The notes beneath the pieces are model-generated. The model saw only the letters and a list, made by a program, of their open reading frames with translations, had not been told where the DNA came from and did no database searches. From contig NC_043006.1 of assembly GCF_006345805.1 (NCBI RefSeq), positions 45,074,001 to 45,138,000 of the forward strand: a DNA stretch of 64,000 nucleotides, written 5' to 3'. The DNA is from Octopus sinensis. Lineage: Eukaryota. Shown here in pieces: positions 13,627 through 26,437 of the stretch. A program made the position numbers and the translations under genes. Every line of letters starts with the position of its first letter. Position 1 is the first letter of the stretch.

Positions 13627-14892
13627 CTGAATGATACAACTTTACATTGCTCCTTGGAGAGACCTGATGTATGTGTGTGTTTGTGTATGTGAGACCTGAT
13701 GTATGTGTGTGTGCGTGTGTGAGTGAGTATGTGTGGAGCGTGGGTGTATGTGTGCATGTGTAAACTGATTCATTAATGCACTGTAGTTACTTCGTGTTTC
13801 GCAGTACGATTTTCGTTACGGCAGAGTGGTACAGAAATTCGGTAAGGTGAAGCCCTGAGTAACGGAAGTGTAAATTTCAATTTCAATTCCTATCAAAATA
13901 ACTCTGTTTTATGTACTAAATTCTTTTTCCTTCATGTTTGTATGCATGTCTCAAATTTCAAAGAATATTGCTTAAATATTTAGTAACATGACAAAGAACG
14001 CCAGTGGTTATTATGGCAAATGTTCTTTCAAAGCTGAAGTAAAAACAAACATAGAGCTTTCTGAAGCTGTGTGTATGTACTTTAATTCTAAACGATTTTG
14101 AATAAATGTATTACGTCTGCTGGGGAGTGCCATCCTTAAAAGTATATTATTTCCCGTTTGTGTATGTTTTCTATCCCCCACCCCACCAAAATTGTGTTAA
14201 TTTTCCCCCAAAATTGTGTTCATTTTGGGGGAAAATGCGGATTATATTCGGAGATTTACGGTATATATAGATGCGTATTTGTCTTTGTGCTTGTCTCCCT
14301 CCCTATCACCGATTGACAGTCGGTGTTGGTGTGTTTACGTACATCATCATCATCATTGTTCGACCGTGGTCGAGACTTTCATAGTCTTTTCAAATGGCTA
14401 ATAATGTGTGCGCGCGCCACTACTACACACATTGGAAAGCATTGTACAACCAAGTACTAAAGAAGATCTTTCCTCCTCCATGAAACAAAGCTGTTCCCGC
14501 TGGACGTCAACCAGTATTTCTAAGCTACGGACCCAGTGATTTATTGTAAGGTTATCTCCCTAGATAGATTGCCTTCACTACGTGTTTACGTACGCGTAAC
14601 TTAGCGGCTTGGCAAAAGACACCCATAGAATAAGTTCCAGGCTTTGTTCGATTAAAAGGTGGCCGCAGGCACATGACTGAACCAAATATAATAAAAGAAT
14701 ATAAGAAATTAATTTTTATAATTCTCTTCGACTTTAAAGCAGATCCAGAGAGTGTCAGGAATCGCATAAGATATTACGAGTTACTGAATGCTTCTTGAGC
14801 TGTTCACTTCAAAATTTTGAACATTAATCAATACATGTTTTTTTTTATGCTGAAGGAATAATACTACCTGACATTCAGCCTTCTGTTCGTAC

Positions 14893-15000
14893 CTTTAAGC
14901 CTGTCTGTGGAAAAGTAAAGTGTATGTCGTTATCATCATCTCTGTGAAAGTTACGAATTGGTATCAATGGATTGGGTTTGCTATAAAACCCAATCAATGT
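14893..15000 (-). CDS. Candidate 108-nt phase 0-0 exon (TLIGFYSKPNPLIPIRNFHRDDDNDIHFTFPQTGLK)
   Basis: Acceptor cctgtaacgtttag, donor AAG|gtacga, open frame. Its phase does not join directly to the 13626 exon. Confidence 0.3.
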
Positions 15001-15048
15001 CTAAACGTTACAGGATATTGTTGTATTCTTAGAAGAAAGTTACGACTG

Positions 15049-15105
15049 CCTTCTTCTTCTTCTTCTTCTTCTTCTTCTTCTTCTTCTTCTTCTTCTTCTT
15101 CTTCT
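15049..15105. repeat. (TTC)n microsatellite
   Basis: Direct reading. Confidence 0.97.
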
Positions 15106-15184
15106 TTTATACCAAGAAAAAACATGTACATGATAGCATTTCCTATCAGAATCCATGAAATCCACTGCCTGGTATTGCATCAGG

Positions 15185-15410
15185 GCACTATTGTTACGCA
15201 GCGAGATGGTTGAGTGGTTAGCACGTCGGACAAAATGCTCTGCGGCATTTCTTCCGACTCATTACATTCTGAGTTCAAATACAGCCGAGGTCGACCTTGC
15301 TTTTCATTCTTTCGGGGTCAATAAAAAAAAGTACCATTCAAGTAGTAGGGAAAATGTAGTCGACTTTCCTCCACCCATCAAAATTTTCTACCTTGTGCTA
15401 GAATTAGAAA
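15185..15410 (+). mobile_element. tRNA-derived SINE
   Basis: Head, B-box gagttcaaat, gaggtcgac core and ccttgtgc tail. Confidence 0.85.
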
Positions 15411-15957
15411 GAATTAGATTTGAAAATCTGGTATTTACACTCTTTTACTTTGTTCAAAGCACATTTATATGATACATTTTCATCAATACTCATGAGTTTG
15501 TTGTATTTATTATGTGGAAGGGCCGAGATACAGAATCAGTTGATGTCAAAGTTATTGGTTTGGAAAGCAGATTTTTCAATATTCGTTCATATACTAAGTA
15601 TGAAATTTTTTCTTGGACGAATTCCATTTCTACATAAACCGAAAAACGCTGCTATTAAGTTCAGCTGTTTCTGAGCATCAAGGATATTTTTAACGTAATT
15701 CTTGTTATCGTCAATATAGAACTTATAGGTTATACTGGTTTATTGCTCTTGTGAAACCTAGCTATTAAGAATTCTATATACGTACATATGCATGTACTTA
15801 CGTATGTATATATGTACATGCGTACACACTTATGCATATATGAATGTGTGTGAGTGTGTGTGTGCGCGCGCGCGTATTTCTCTTTCTGACTGACTTTTTA
15901 TTATATATTTCGACCAGACACCTGTCAGACTGCAAGCTTTTAAAGCAAAGAAAAAAA

Positions 15958-16120
15958 AGATGAGAAGCTGTTTTCTTTCCAACGTCTATTATACAATTCT
16001 TCATGATTAAAGATCTTTCAGATTTTTATTATCCTAGATATTTATGTATGTATGTATATATGTGTGTGTGCGTATGTATGTATGTATGTATGTATGTATG
16101 TATGTATGTATGTATGTATG

Positions 16121-16152
<32 letters not shown>

Positions 16153-16907
16153 GCAATGATTCTGAAAAATCAAATGAGATGGTCTGGCTATATAGTGCAA
16201 ATGGCAGATGAAAACAGCTGTTTTATGGCCATTTTGCAGAGGGGAAACGCAATCGCTGGAAACCTAAAAAGAGGTTTAAGGACGGCATAGGAACTACCAT
16301 GAGGTCATTTGAAATGGACCCAAAGGCCATAGAAACCCTAGCTTCTGATCGAACTGAATAGCGAACAAAAGTGTGGAGTGGAATGAAAGCTTTTGAGGAG
16401 GCCAGAATGACTCATGCAAAACTCAAGAGAGATTTAAAGAGGAATGTTGCGATCAACGAGAATGTGATTCTCAGCGACCTTTCTATGTGCACAGTCTGTG
16501 ACAGACTATGTTTTTATTTTGCTGGGCTCAAATCTCATTTGCGGGGCCATGAAAAACACGAAACCCCCCAAAACTACTCTGCCTATATATCTGTGCACAG
16601 TTTTCAATTCCGTGTATACCATAAGGTGTGCAAATTTAAGAGGCCTCAAAAGATATTTTAAGATCTACAAAGATTAGAACTTAACTGCAGCTCATGGTGG
16701 TCCAAATCAGATATGCAGTCTGTGTGGGTGTCTTTTCAATACATTGTCTGGTTTAAAAAGCCACATCCGACCCCATGATGGATCTAAGGTGAAAGTACAA
16801 GAGATGGTCAAACTCTGCATAGGGAGTAGACAACCACCACGTATGTATGTATGTATGTATGTATGTATGTATGTATGTATGTATGTATGTATGTATGTAT
16901 GTATGTA

Positions 16908-16938
<31 letters not shown>

Positions 16939-17052
16939 ATGTATGCATATGTATAATGTGTGTATGTATGTATGTATGTATGTATGTATTGTATATATGT
17001 ATGTATGTATGTATTGTATGTATGCAAGTATGTATGTATGTATGTATGTATG

Positions 17053-17083
<31 letters not shown>

Positions 17084-17285
17084 GGAGGGTGATTGTTGGA
17101 CATCCTGCAAGATGAAGACCTTTCAAAGGGCGGAAGAGCTCATGAGCAGTCAAGGGCCATCCAACAATATGTGTAAATGTGTATATATGCATGTATGTAT
17201 GCGCGAGGACGTGGTAATGCTTGGATTGGTGGCCAGGCGTGCGGTTGGCCCACTGGGAGTGGGAGGCCCCTCTGTTGTTGTCACA
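15958..17285 (+). mobile_element. RTE-clade LINE 3' fragment with C-terminal zinc-finger-like repeats and (TATG)n expansions
   Basis: AMILKNQMRWSGYIVQMAD, VWSGMKAFEEARMTHAKLKR, CTVCDRLC..AGLKSHLRGH and ICSLCGCLFNTLSGLKSHIRPH. Confidence 0.85.
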
Positions 17286-17949
17286 ATCTCTCTGTATGGG
17301 AGGGGAACTTTGAGAGAAAATCTGCAACACAGACAATATTCAATGATGAAGACTAGTTCTTTTTTATTTTCGAAGTAAATGTAATAAATGTAATTTTTTC
17401 ACTTTTTTCACAGAGTAAGTCGCCTTTTGAAAGAGTGTGAGGGATAAAGTCTGTAATAGCTTCAAACTATAGAGATGCTGGCACATGGCCAGAAATGATG
17501 GATCGGTAAATTTTACGATGTTTTACTCGTCGACTCGTGGTTACAAGTTAGAATTCCTTCGAGATCAATTTAGCATTGGAAATTTCCCCTGTGATTGTTG
17601 CTTAGCCCAGTGTTACTCAGGTTGGGGCATGACAAAGTTCAGTGGGATCGACGATAATTTTGGAAATTGGCGTTGGACACAGGTTCAGTGGAGTGGAGCG
17701 CACATAGCTACCACATAGCTACTACTGTCTGTAATTCTTTAAAATGTGCACGAAAAAAAAAAGAGATTCAGTTGACACTTCGATAACAATTTATCATTAA
17801 GTATAGAATATCAAGTTGGCAATGGAAAAGCCGACATGAATCCCATATTATATTCCTACGTTGAAGTTCGTATATATAGCGACAATCTCTAAGGGTAATT
17901 GCCTGGGTCAATTGTTAAACTTTTGGACAGTATTGTAATATTTCTGACT

Positions 17950-18630
17950 GGAACTTGTAATAAGATATCATAACTGCAAAATGTGATATACTCTACCTTT
18001 CAAATGTATTTGAGAAGCTAAATTTTCTGAACAAACAGTTACAAGGTAAAATTACAAATTGTTTAATTTGCAAAGAGCCTAGACGTACTTTTCTTGGAAA
18101 ATTTAATCTATTCAGAATAAATAGTGGGCGTGAGGAGTCGATGGCACTGACAATACTTAACTCCTATTGAGGAGGAGCTGTAAGAGAATGGTATTATAGT
18201 GTACATTGAAAACTTGAAGAAATTGCACAATCATACAGAAATTACGTTCAAAACTCTACTGGAAATAAATATTCCAAGTTGGGTAGTATGCGCATATGGG
18301 ACAAACGCAACTGATGTTGATATAAGACAACTAGAAAATCTCATTGAATTGCAGAGTAATCAACCTGCTCAAGCTAATTTTAGTCATGGGATCAATAACT
18401 GTGCACATGCAATGAAATTGCTATGAAATTCCTATTGCTTTGGCACTCCTTTCCTACTTCTTACCTATTTGAGTTAGGTTTTAACAGAGTGTCTTTCCTT
18501 CTATCAAAAAGCTCCTAATCAGAAATTGTAATTATCGGTGGTCTTCGTTTGTCTCTAACAACTATTGGGCCTCATAATGAAACGCTTGCAAAACTGCATC
18601 AGCCACAAAGATCTCAGGATCTCACTGATG
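17950..18630 (+). mobile_element. hAT (Charlie/Buster, SCAND3/ZBED-like) transposase C-terminal remnant
   Basis: ILYLSNVFEKLNFLNKQLQG, YIENLKKLH..IPSWVV..LIELQSN, AMKLL, FPTSYLFELGFN and LRLSLTTIGP, with stops and frameshifts. Confidence 0.8.
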
Positions 18631-19135
18631 TTATTAATTTTCTAGATGCCAAAAGAAGGTTCTGTTATGTGTGTTATATTAGAAAAATAATGTATGATTA
18701 TAAATGCTTGTTTTATTGAATATACAAAATATTTTTTGTTTTTATGAAACAAAACAATATAGAATAAATGTGCGATTAAATGACACCGATATTTTTATGG
18801 GGTTTATTACATTAATGGTAGAAAATAGTTCACCTTTGAAAATATTTTTAAAAAACTTTATTTATTAAAATTTAGTTCAAAAATTCTTTTCATTATAGAT
18901 TGTCAATTTTTAAAATTTCATAGAAATAAATTTCATGACAATAAAACTACATCTTTTTACAGCCTAAATGATGGTTTAAAAATATGTAAAATAAATGGGT
19001 CTGTTTTATTGTTCATATACTCTCCTAAAATATGTAGCCTTGTGCTAATGGTAGAATTATATATGAAGAGAAACAAAACTAAATACTCTATAAATATCTC
19101 TTTATTTTTCCGGAACTGATTTTATTTTGATTCAT

Positions 19136-19315
19136 CAGGGAGTCAATAAAATGGTATCAGTCTTGATTTTGCGTCCGTTGTAATCGATACTCTTTCTTCT
19201 ACAAATGTGTGGTTGCCTTATGACGGACAAAGTAGCGTGAAGCGTAAGTACCCTTCAAAGCGACGATCCGATCCAGTTCCAACTATCGGTTGATACCATA
19301 ATTTATTTACACCTA
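19136..19315. mobile_element. Possible short Tc1-like MITE
   Basis: Imperfect ~25-bp inverted ends: cagggagtcaataaaatggtatca and tgataccataatttatttacacct. Confidence 0.3.
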
Positions 19316-20429
19316 TAATGATATCTGGAAAAGCATGAATATCGTAACATACTCTCCTCTTTTTGCTGAGAGAAAAGAAACCAAAATTATAAACCGATGT
19401 GTACCACAAAGACAGAAGCAATATTCCAGAAAGTAGACATAGGCATCGTGATTTCAATTTCTGGCAAAATCAATTCATTTCAATCATAAATATTGGCACA
19501 TTTGAACAGACGCGTATGTTACATTTTGCTAATACAATATAACACTGTTTCTCATATTAGAAGCATAACAGTAAATAACAATATAACAATAATAGTAGAG
19601 CATCTGATTAAATTTCTTACAGTGGATAAAACTATAACTAATAGCTTGTAAATATTTGGATTAAAAAAGTCTGAGGCTCCCGAGGGACGCGAACCGAAAA
19701 TTTCTATCTATTATTTTCTATTCAAAGGTTTTTAAAATCCAATATTCACCCGCTATCATTTATAATTTTATCTCCTTCGAGTTTCATTGTAAAAAAAAAA
19801 AAAAAAATGATTATTTCACGTCCCTCGAAGTTTCTAAATTTTTATAAATTCTCTACAGTTTTATTCTTCATTGAACAGAAGTCTAATCCTACCACAACCA
19901 ATTTTGCTTTACAAATTAATCCACTAAACCTCTTTACTTCAAATTATTTTCGCACAAAGCGCCTATATACAAAATAAAGATTATATTTTTTCTTATAAAA
20001 AACATGGACACTTAAAAAATAATAAATTATTTTAGATACTATGAAGTGAGTATGATAACTTATCAATTATCATGGCCCGAGCTTCTACTCTCTTCTTGCT
20101 CGTATTATCTATGACCTGTTCACAAAATTCACTATTTTAATCTAATTAAAATGATATTGAAAAAGGGTCTTCGAAATTATTAGTTTCTTTTTAATACATA
20201 AATGCATGATGTTTGCAAACTCGCGTTCGAGTATTACCATCGCCTGATTAAAAGTATCACACATGCGAAGCCTACGAGCAGCCATTTCTGAGATAGGTCT
20301 TCCTTCTCTTTTTTCAAGCGATGCTTGTGCATGATGATTTTTTTTATAGTGGGGAGGGATTTTCACAAATCCAACCCCACTCTTTGAACATGGACAACAT
20401 AAACTCGAAAAGAAGAAATAGTCAACTAG

Positions 20430-21432
20430 ACAACAACAGAGGAGCCTCCCACTCCCAGTGGGCCAACCGCGCGCCTGCGACCAGCTGAGGTATTTCCACT
20501 CCACGCGCATGTATACATGCATACATACACATCCGTTGGCCGTTGACTGTTCATGCTGGATGGCTGTTGACTGCTCATGAGCTTTTTCGCCCTTTGACAA
20601 GTCTTATTTCTCGTCCTGCAGGGTGTCCAACGATCACCCTCCTTACATACATACACCATGGTTGTCTACTCCCTATGCAGAGTTTGACCATCTCTTGTAC
20701 TTTCACCTTAGATCCATCATGGGGTCGGATGTGGCTTTTTAAACCAGACAATGTATTGAAAAGGCATCCACACAAACTGCATATCTGATTTGGACCACCT
20801 AGAGCTTCAGTTAAGTTCTAATCTTTGTGGATCTTAAAATGTTTTTTGAGGCCTCTGTTAAATTTGCACACCTTATGGCATACACGGTGTTGAAAGGTGT
20901 GCACAGATATATAGGCAGAGTAGCTTTTGGAGGTTCGTTTTTCATGGGTCCGCAAATGAGATTTGAGCCCAGCAAAAGAAAGACATGGTCTGTCACAGAC
21001 TGTGCACACAAAAAAGGCGCTGAGATTCGCCTCGTTGATCGCAACATTTTTCTTTAAACATGTCTTGAGTCTTGCATGTGTTATCCTGGCCTCCTAAAAA
21101 GCTTTCACTCCACTCCACACCTTTGTTTGTTATTCAGCTCGATCAGAAGCAAGGATTTTTATGACCTTTGGGTCCATTACAAGTGACTTCATAGTAGTCC
21201 TTATGCCATTATTAAACCTCTTTTTAGGTTTCCACCGATTGCGTTTCCCCTCTGCAAAATGGCCATAAAACATCTCTTTAGATGTGCGTTCATCTGCTAT
21301 TCTAACTCATTTGACCATCTCATTTGATTTTTCAGAATCATTGATACATATCTAGGATAATAGATACCTGCAAGATCTTTAATCTTGAAGAATTGTATAA
21401 TAGACGTTGGAAAGAAAACAGCTTTTCATCTT
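20430..21432 (-). mobile_element. RTE-clade LINE 3' fragment, inverted relative of 15958-17285
   Basis: MCTVCDRPCLSFAGLKSHLRTH, HRVCHKVCKFNRGLKKHFKIH and CGCLFNTLSGLKSHIRPH. Same 3' UTR (ggttggcccactgggagtgggagg) and same 5' start (aaagatgaRaagctgttttc). Confidence 0.85.
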
Positions 21433-22324
21433 TACATTTATTGACGTTCCAACGTTTGTATGTGCACAGTTATTAAATCTGAATAATCAAGATAATATTG
21501 AAAAAGAAAAAAAAGCATTAGGAAACGATACAGGACAACTTTGTAAAATGAAAAACCAAAAAAAAACGAAAATTTGCAGAACATTTGTTACATTTTCTGT
21601 ATTTCTGTATTTATATTTGGACTCTCTTGTTTTATTTCACTCATGTGGTTAAAAAAAAACTTAGCGAAAAATATGGAAGTTCCTTTTTATTTATCCAATA
21701 TTTTTTTTTGTTCTAAAATCCTGCTGCCTTATGTTTATCGAAAAAGCGATCATCACTATCCCAACCGTTTTTTTTCTTCTTTGTTTTTGTGTTTATAGTA
21801 TATCTATGGTTCTTGATATATGCTAGTCTGCACCTAGTCGAAATAACCGCTTTCAGGTACTACTTTCATGTGTTGATTCGAATTTACCATATATCGTCTA
21901 CGTTTATCTTTGTATAACAAACTTAGGTACATAAAATACTTCTATAGAATCCTTTATAATTCGTTAATTTTTTAACGCTGTTCACAGCTTCATTTACATC
22001 AAAGTGTTTATGTAGTTTGCTCTTGTCAAATTTTCTATTATCATTTTCTGTATCTAATTTGACATTCTCAATTATTTTTACTAGTCTTAGAGTACTTTGC
22101 CACAGCTATTTAAAGCCATATTAATTTTTTTACGTCTTGTTTGAATTTATGTACGTGTTTGATAGGGCCCCCCTGATTTCTATTGTACTTTGTAAGTATT
22201 TTAAAGTCGTTCATATGATGAAATAATTTTTAGCTTGTTCGTAACATCTATAACTGGTCAATTTTCCAATTAACCGATTCTAACATCACCACTAACTTTA
22301 ATAAATCATTATCATGGTTGTTCA

Positions 22325-22720
22325 AAGGCGGTGATATGGCAGAAACGTTAGCATGCCGGGCGTCGACTTTGCCTTTTATCTTTTCGGGGTCGATAAATTA
22401 AGTACCAGTCGTGTACCGGGGTCGATCTAATCGACTGGCTTCCCCCACCCCAAATTTCGGGCCTTGTACCTAGAGTAGAAAAGGTTATCATGGTTGTTCA
22501 GAAGGCGGTTAGCTGGCAGAAAAGTTAGCTCACAAGACAATAGTATTTAACGGCATTTTTTCGGGTTCGTTATATTCTGTTCGTTGAAATACCGTCGAGG
22601 TCGACTTGGCTTTTCATCTTTTCAGGTTCCGTAAACTAAAGTACTAACTAATAACTAGGGCCGATATAATCGACTTACCTCTCCCCTCTGAAACTACTGG
22701 CATTGTACCAACATTTTTAA
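22325..22720 (+). mobile_element. Two adjacent tRNA-derived SINEs
   Basis: ggcggt..ggcagaa heads, gtcgac core and ggccttgt tail. Confidence 0.85.
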
Positions 22721-22819
22721 GGGTTAGTATAGTTACTTTTGTATTTCTTGTTTTATATCCTGTAAGGCCAGATCTAAACGACGAGTCTTAGATGCTGAAG
22801 TCAAGACGTCATATGATTG

Positions 22820-23060
22820 ATAACATGCTCCGTAGTGTATGAACTGTTCCAAGTAGTGCGATCTGCCAAGCTTTAAATATTAATGTCGTCCGAGATACGG
22901 TTAGTGAACTTTCCATTCCGTCTGTCGTGAGTCCTGGTACACCATTGACAAGTATTATTTCTACCTTCATATTCTACATCCTATTGATTTCGATCATAGT
23001 TTTTATGAATTGTTGCAAATAACAATGTTTTTCGAATCCAGCGAATGGTAGTTAAACTGA
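22820..23060 (-). mobile_element. R4/Dong-type endonuclease C-terminal remnant
   Basis: Minus frame MKVEIILVNGVPGL...QIALLGTVHTLRSML matches the typical QKxALLGTARILR end. Confidence 0.65.
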
Positions 23061-23195
23061 ATGATATTTTCATCTTATGACAGAAAGAGGTAAGGATGGT
23101 GTTAAAATGGTATGTTTATGAAGAAGGAATGAACAGAAGGAGGTGGTGAGAATATAATGAGTAAAAACAATGGCGAGAGAATGAAAACACGCTGA

Positions 23196-23234
<39 letters not shown>

Positions 23235-24479
23235 TGTGGCTGTATACGATTATATAAAAGTATGTGGAAGAGATAGACAGAGACAGGGGTAGATAGGGAA
23301 ACAGAGAAAGAAGAAAGAAGGAGAAGGTGTGAGGATCTGAAGAGTTTGGGATGAGAAGCGAAAGAAAACAGAAAGTAAATGTGAGATAAATGTAAACAAA
23401 TGGGAGCAAGAACAAAGACAAAAGAAAAAAAAACGAATGTTTGAACGAGAGATAAAAGGCGTGAACGAAGACATAAAACGACATTTAAGACAAATATAGA
23501 TAGATTAGATTAATAGATAGATAGAAAGATAGATAGATAGAAAAATAAATACAGAAAAGAGACATGGAAAAGTGTGTATGCGTATGTATGTATGTATGTA
23601 TGTATGTGCGTATATACAGAGAGAGAGAGAGGTGCGATGTGATGAAGTGAATCTATAACACTTAAGTAAACCGAGATGTTGATACAAACTCAATCAGGAT
23701 ATCATTGTAGAGTAGACAGCTACTGCTGTCCATTCTGTCAGTTAATTTGTCCACTTCAAAGTGTGATTCGTAAAAAGACCATTTGTTAATTCTGTGACGT
23801 AGTTCCGCAACAAGCAGTGAAGAAAGTCAGAAATTCTATTGACAAGTTCCAGCGATATTTGTAGTCAAGTGAAGTTAATCACTCTAAAGTTTCCGATTTC
23901 GGTTTAGACAATCAATTATCAGTTCTATTCGTATTAGGAAATTTCTACTAAATTTCTTGATATACCGGATACGAAAATATAACTGGTGCAGTCGAGCTAA
24001 ATAAAGAGGCATTCTCGTGTCTCTGGAGGTAAAAAAGACGATGCTTGTGCTTAAGATTGCGTACCACGATAACAACTATCTTTAGACTAGATACTGAGAT
24101 AAGCTAGAGTTAATCAATTAGATTAAAACTAAAGATCTAATTAGATTTTGAAGACTTGGCAACTCACCTAAACGGTCGTGTGTTCAAATGACATCACCCT
24201 CGAGTCTACAATGGAGGCTCTACGCGGTTGCTCGCTCTGCTCAAATAGGAACAGTACATTGGATAATGCGTGAAAGATGAGCTATATTAAAAGAATAAAA
24301 AGACAGGATGATTACGCTTTGAAAGTCTTTGATTGTAGGTCAGCTTATTGAAGCTTGGCTTAAAGCTAAACAATAACAGCAACAACATCATGAACGTCAC
24401 TATCGGTTACCTATAAGAGGCACGGGAGATGTGTCATCTCGACTCCAACCCCTACTTTTCTTTACAGACGAAAAGTAAT

Positions 24480-25106
24480 GTTCACCTCGGCGGAATTTGA
24501 ACTCAGAACATAATGATCTTCAAGAAATACTACAAAAGCACAAGGCCTGAAGTTTTGGTGAGAGGGGCTAGCCAGTAACTTCGACTCCTAGTGTTTCACT
24601 GGTACTTATTTTATCCACTCCCGAAAGGATGAAAGGCAAAGTCGACCTCGGCGGAATTTGAACTCAGAATGTAACGGCCGATGAAATACCTATTTCTTTA
24701 CTACCCACAAGGGGCTAAACACAGAGAGGACAATCAAGGACAGATAAACGGATTAAGTCGATTATATCGACCTCAGTGCGTGACTGGTACTTATTTAATC
24801 GACCCCGAAAGGATGAAAGGCAAAGTCGACCTCGGCGGAATTTGAACTCAGAATGTAACGGCCGATGAAATACCTATTTCTTTACTACCCACAAGGGGCT
24901 AAACACAGAGAGGACAATCAAGGACAGATAAACGGATTAAGTCGATTATATCGACCTCAGTGCGTGACTGGTACTTATTTAATCGATCCCGAAAGGATGA
25001 AAGGCAAAGTCGACCTCGGCGGAATTTGAACTCAGAACGTAACGGCAGACAAAATACCGCTAGGCATTTCGCCCAGCGTGCTAACGATTCTGCCAGCTCG
25101 TCGCCT
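24480..25106 (-). mobile_element. SINE array: one head plus bodies with 184-bp period
   Basis: aactcagaa at 24661, 24845 and 25029. Two near-identical units are followed by a unit of a different subfamily. Confidence 0.92.
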
Positions 25107-25108
25107 TT

Positions 25109-25173
<65 letters not shown>

Positions 25174-25300
25174 AATAATAATAATAACGATAATAATAAT
25201 AATAATAAAAAGAAGATGAGGAAGGATGGAGGCGGAAGAAAATCCTGCCCTTCAGTTATTCGAATCGAGTGTGCCATACTAATTATTTAGGCATGCTCAC

Positions 25301-25386
25301 CTGGCAGTAACATCGCTTGGTAAGTATTACTAAAAGAAAAATTTCCTGTGATCCTTACATTGACCTCTGCGAGAAGCTGGATTTCA
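25301..25386 (-). CDS. Candidate internal exon (xEIQLLAEVNVRITGNFSFSNTYQAMLLP)
   Basis: Acceptor tgtttttgtgtgaacag, donor CAG|gtgagc, 86 nt open. Its phase-1 end is compatible with the 13626 exon. Confidence 0.3.
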
Positions 25387-25891
25387 CTGTTCACACAAAA
25401 ACAGTTGGTCAACGTAAATATATCGACAGGTAAAAGATGAACACAATCAATGTATGTAGGACAGTTTTGCTGTCCCTTCCACCTCCGGGACATGCCTATC
25501 GGATCACGCATTTATTATTACCATCAGCTCATCTGGCTATCCACCGCGGTCCTCATCCTGAAAATACATAATCGATTTTTCTCATCAACATTTCAATAAT
25601 CCATCTGATTTTACTGACGTCGATTTTACTGTCAAATTGCGAGGACCAATATTTACAGAGAATGCAGTACTTGATAACCAAATACAAATTACCCATACTC
25701 GGCTGATACAAATCTGCAGAGTGTTCAAAGTAATGAGAAGTCTCAAAGCGTTTCTTCTGGGACAATCGTACATGTTTAGTGACCATACATTCTTACTGAC
25801 GATGCAAATTCAGGGCATGTTTAAGCATCTCACGATTTAGATATATTTTATAAACAGGGCCATCAAAAAATTTACGTAAGACGTACTAGAC

Positions 25892-26378
25892 CAGAGCTGA
25901 TGAAACTTTTTAGTGCGGCGGGCAAAAACTATAAAGGAAAAGGTCCGTGGCCGTAGACCTTGAATATATCTATGTATAATACGATATACATTAAAGATAA
26001 GTTTAACACATTAAATTAACGCGTAACATCTTCATTAACGCAGCCACTGAATTTAGGACATTTATATTATGAGGTTTCTATATTTTCAGCTAGAATGTAG
26101 TTGGGTCTCAAAGGGGTGGTACAAACCTAGCAATATGTTTTATAGTGAAAACAAAATTTCTTTTCAAATGGCAATTACAGGACGATTTTCTGTTCGAGTC
26201 TGTTTTAAGTCGTTGTGGAAACGCGACCTATGTTGCAAATAGGCATACATGTATTGAATAAATTTTATGATTGAAAAATTTACTATATTTTGTACATACG
26301 AATATATCAGCCTGCGGGCAAAATAAAATGGACTAGTGGGGGCAATTGCGCCCGTGGGCAGGGGTTTCCCCACCTCTG
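25892..26378. mobile_element. hAT (Charlie-type) MITE
   Basis: Ends cagagctgatgaaac and ggtttccccacctctg; 8-bp flanks tactagac and tactaaat with central TA. Confidence 0.65.
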
Positions 26379-26437
26379 TACTAAATCATGAACTCCAGCT
26401 TCATTAGTTTTTACCTGCAACGAAGTACCGCAACCAA

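Noticed and set aside
24170-24285. Minus-strand segment with excellent acceptor and donor
   Set aside because: All three frames contain stops, and the sequence resembles a repeat also seen near 63650-63720.
11311-25106. Short regularly spaced repeats as a possible CRISPR array
   Set aside because: No unique spacers and no cas genes; these are SINE-internal tandem repeats in eukaryotic DNA.
25467-25840. Cadherin-like look (SGYPPRSS...FNNPSDF)
   Set aside because: In-frame stop, and the AxDxG and DxNDNxPxF motifs are not actually present.
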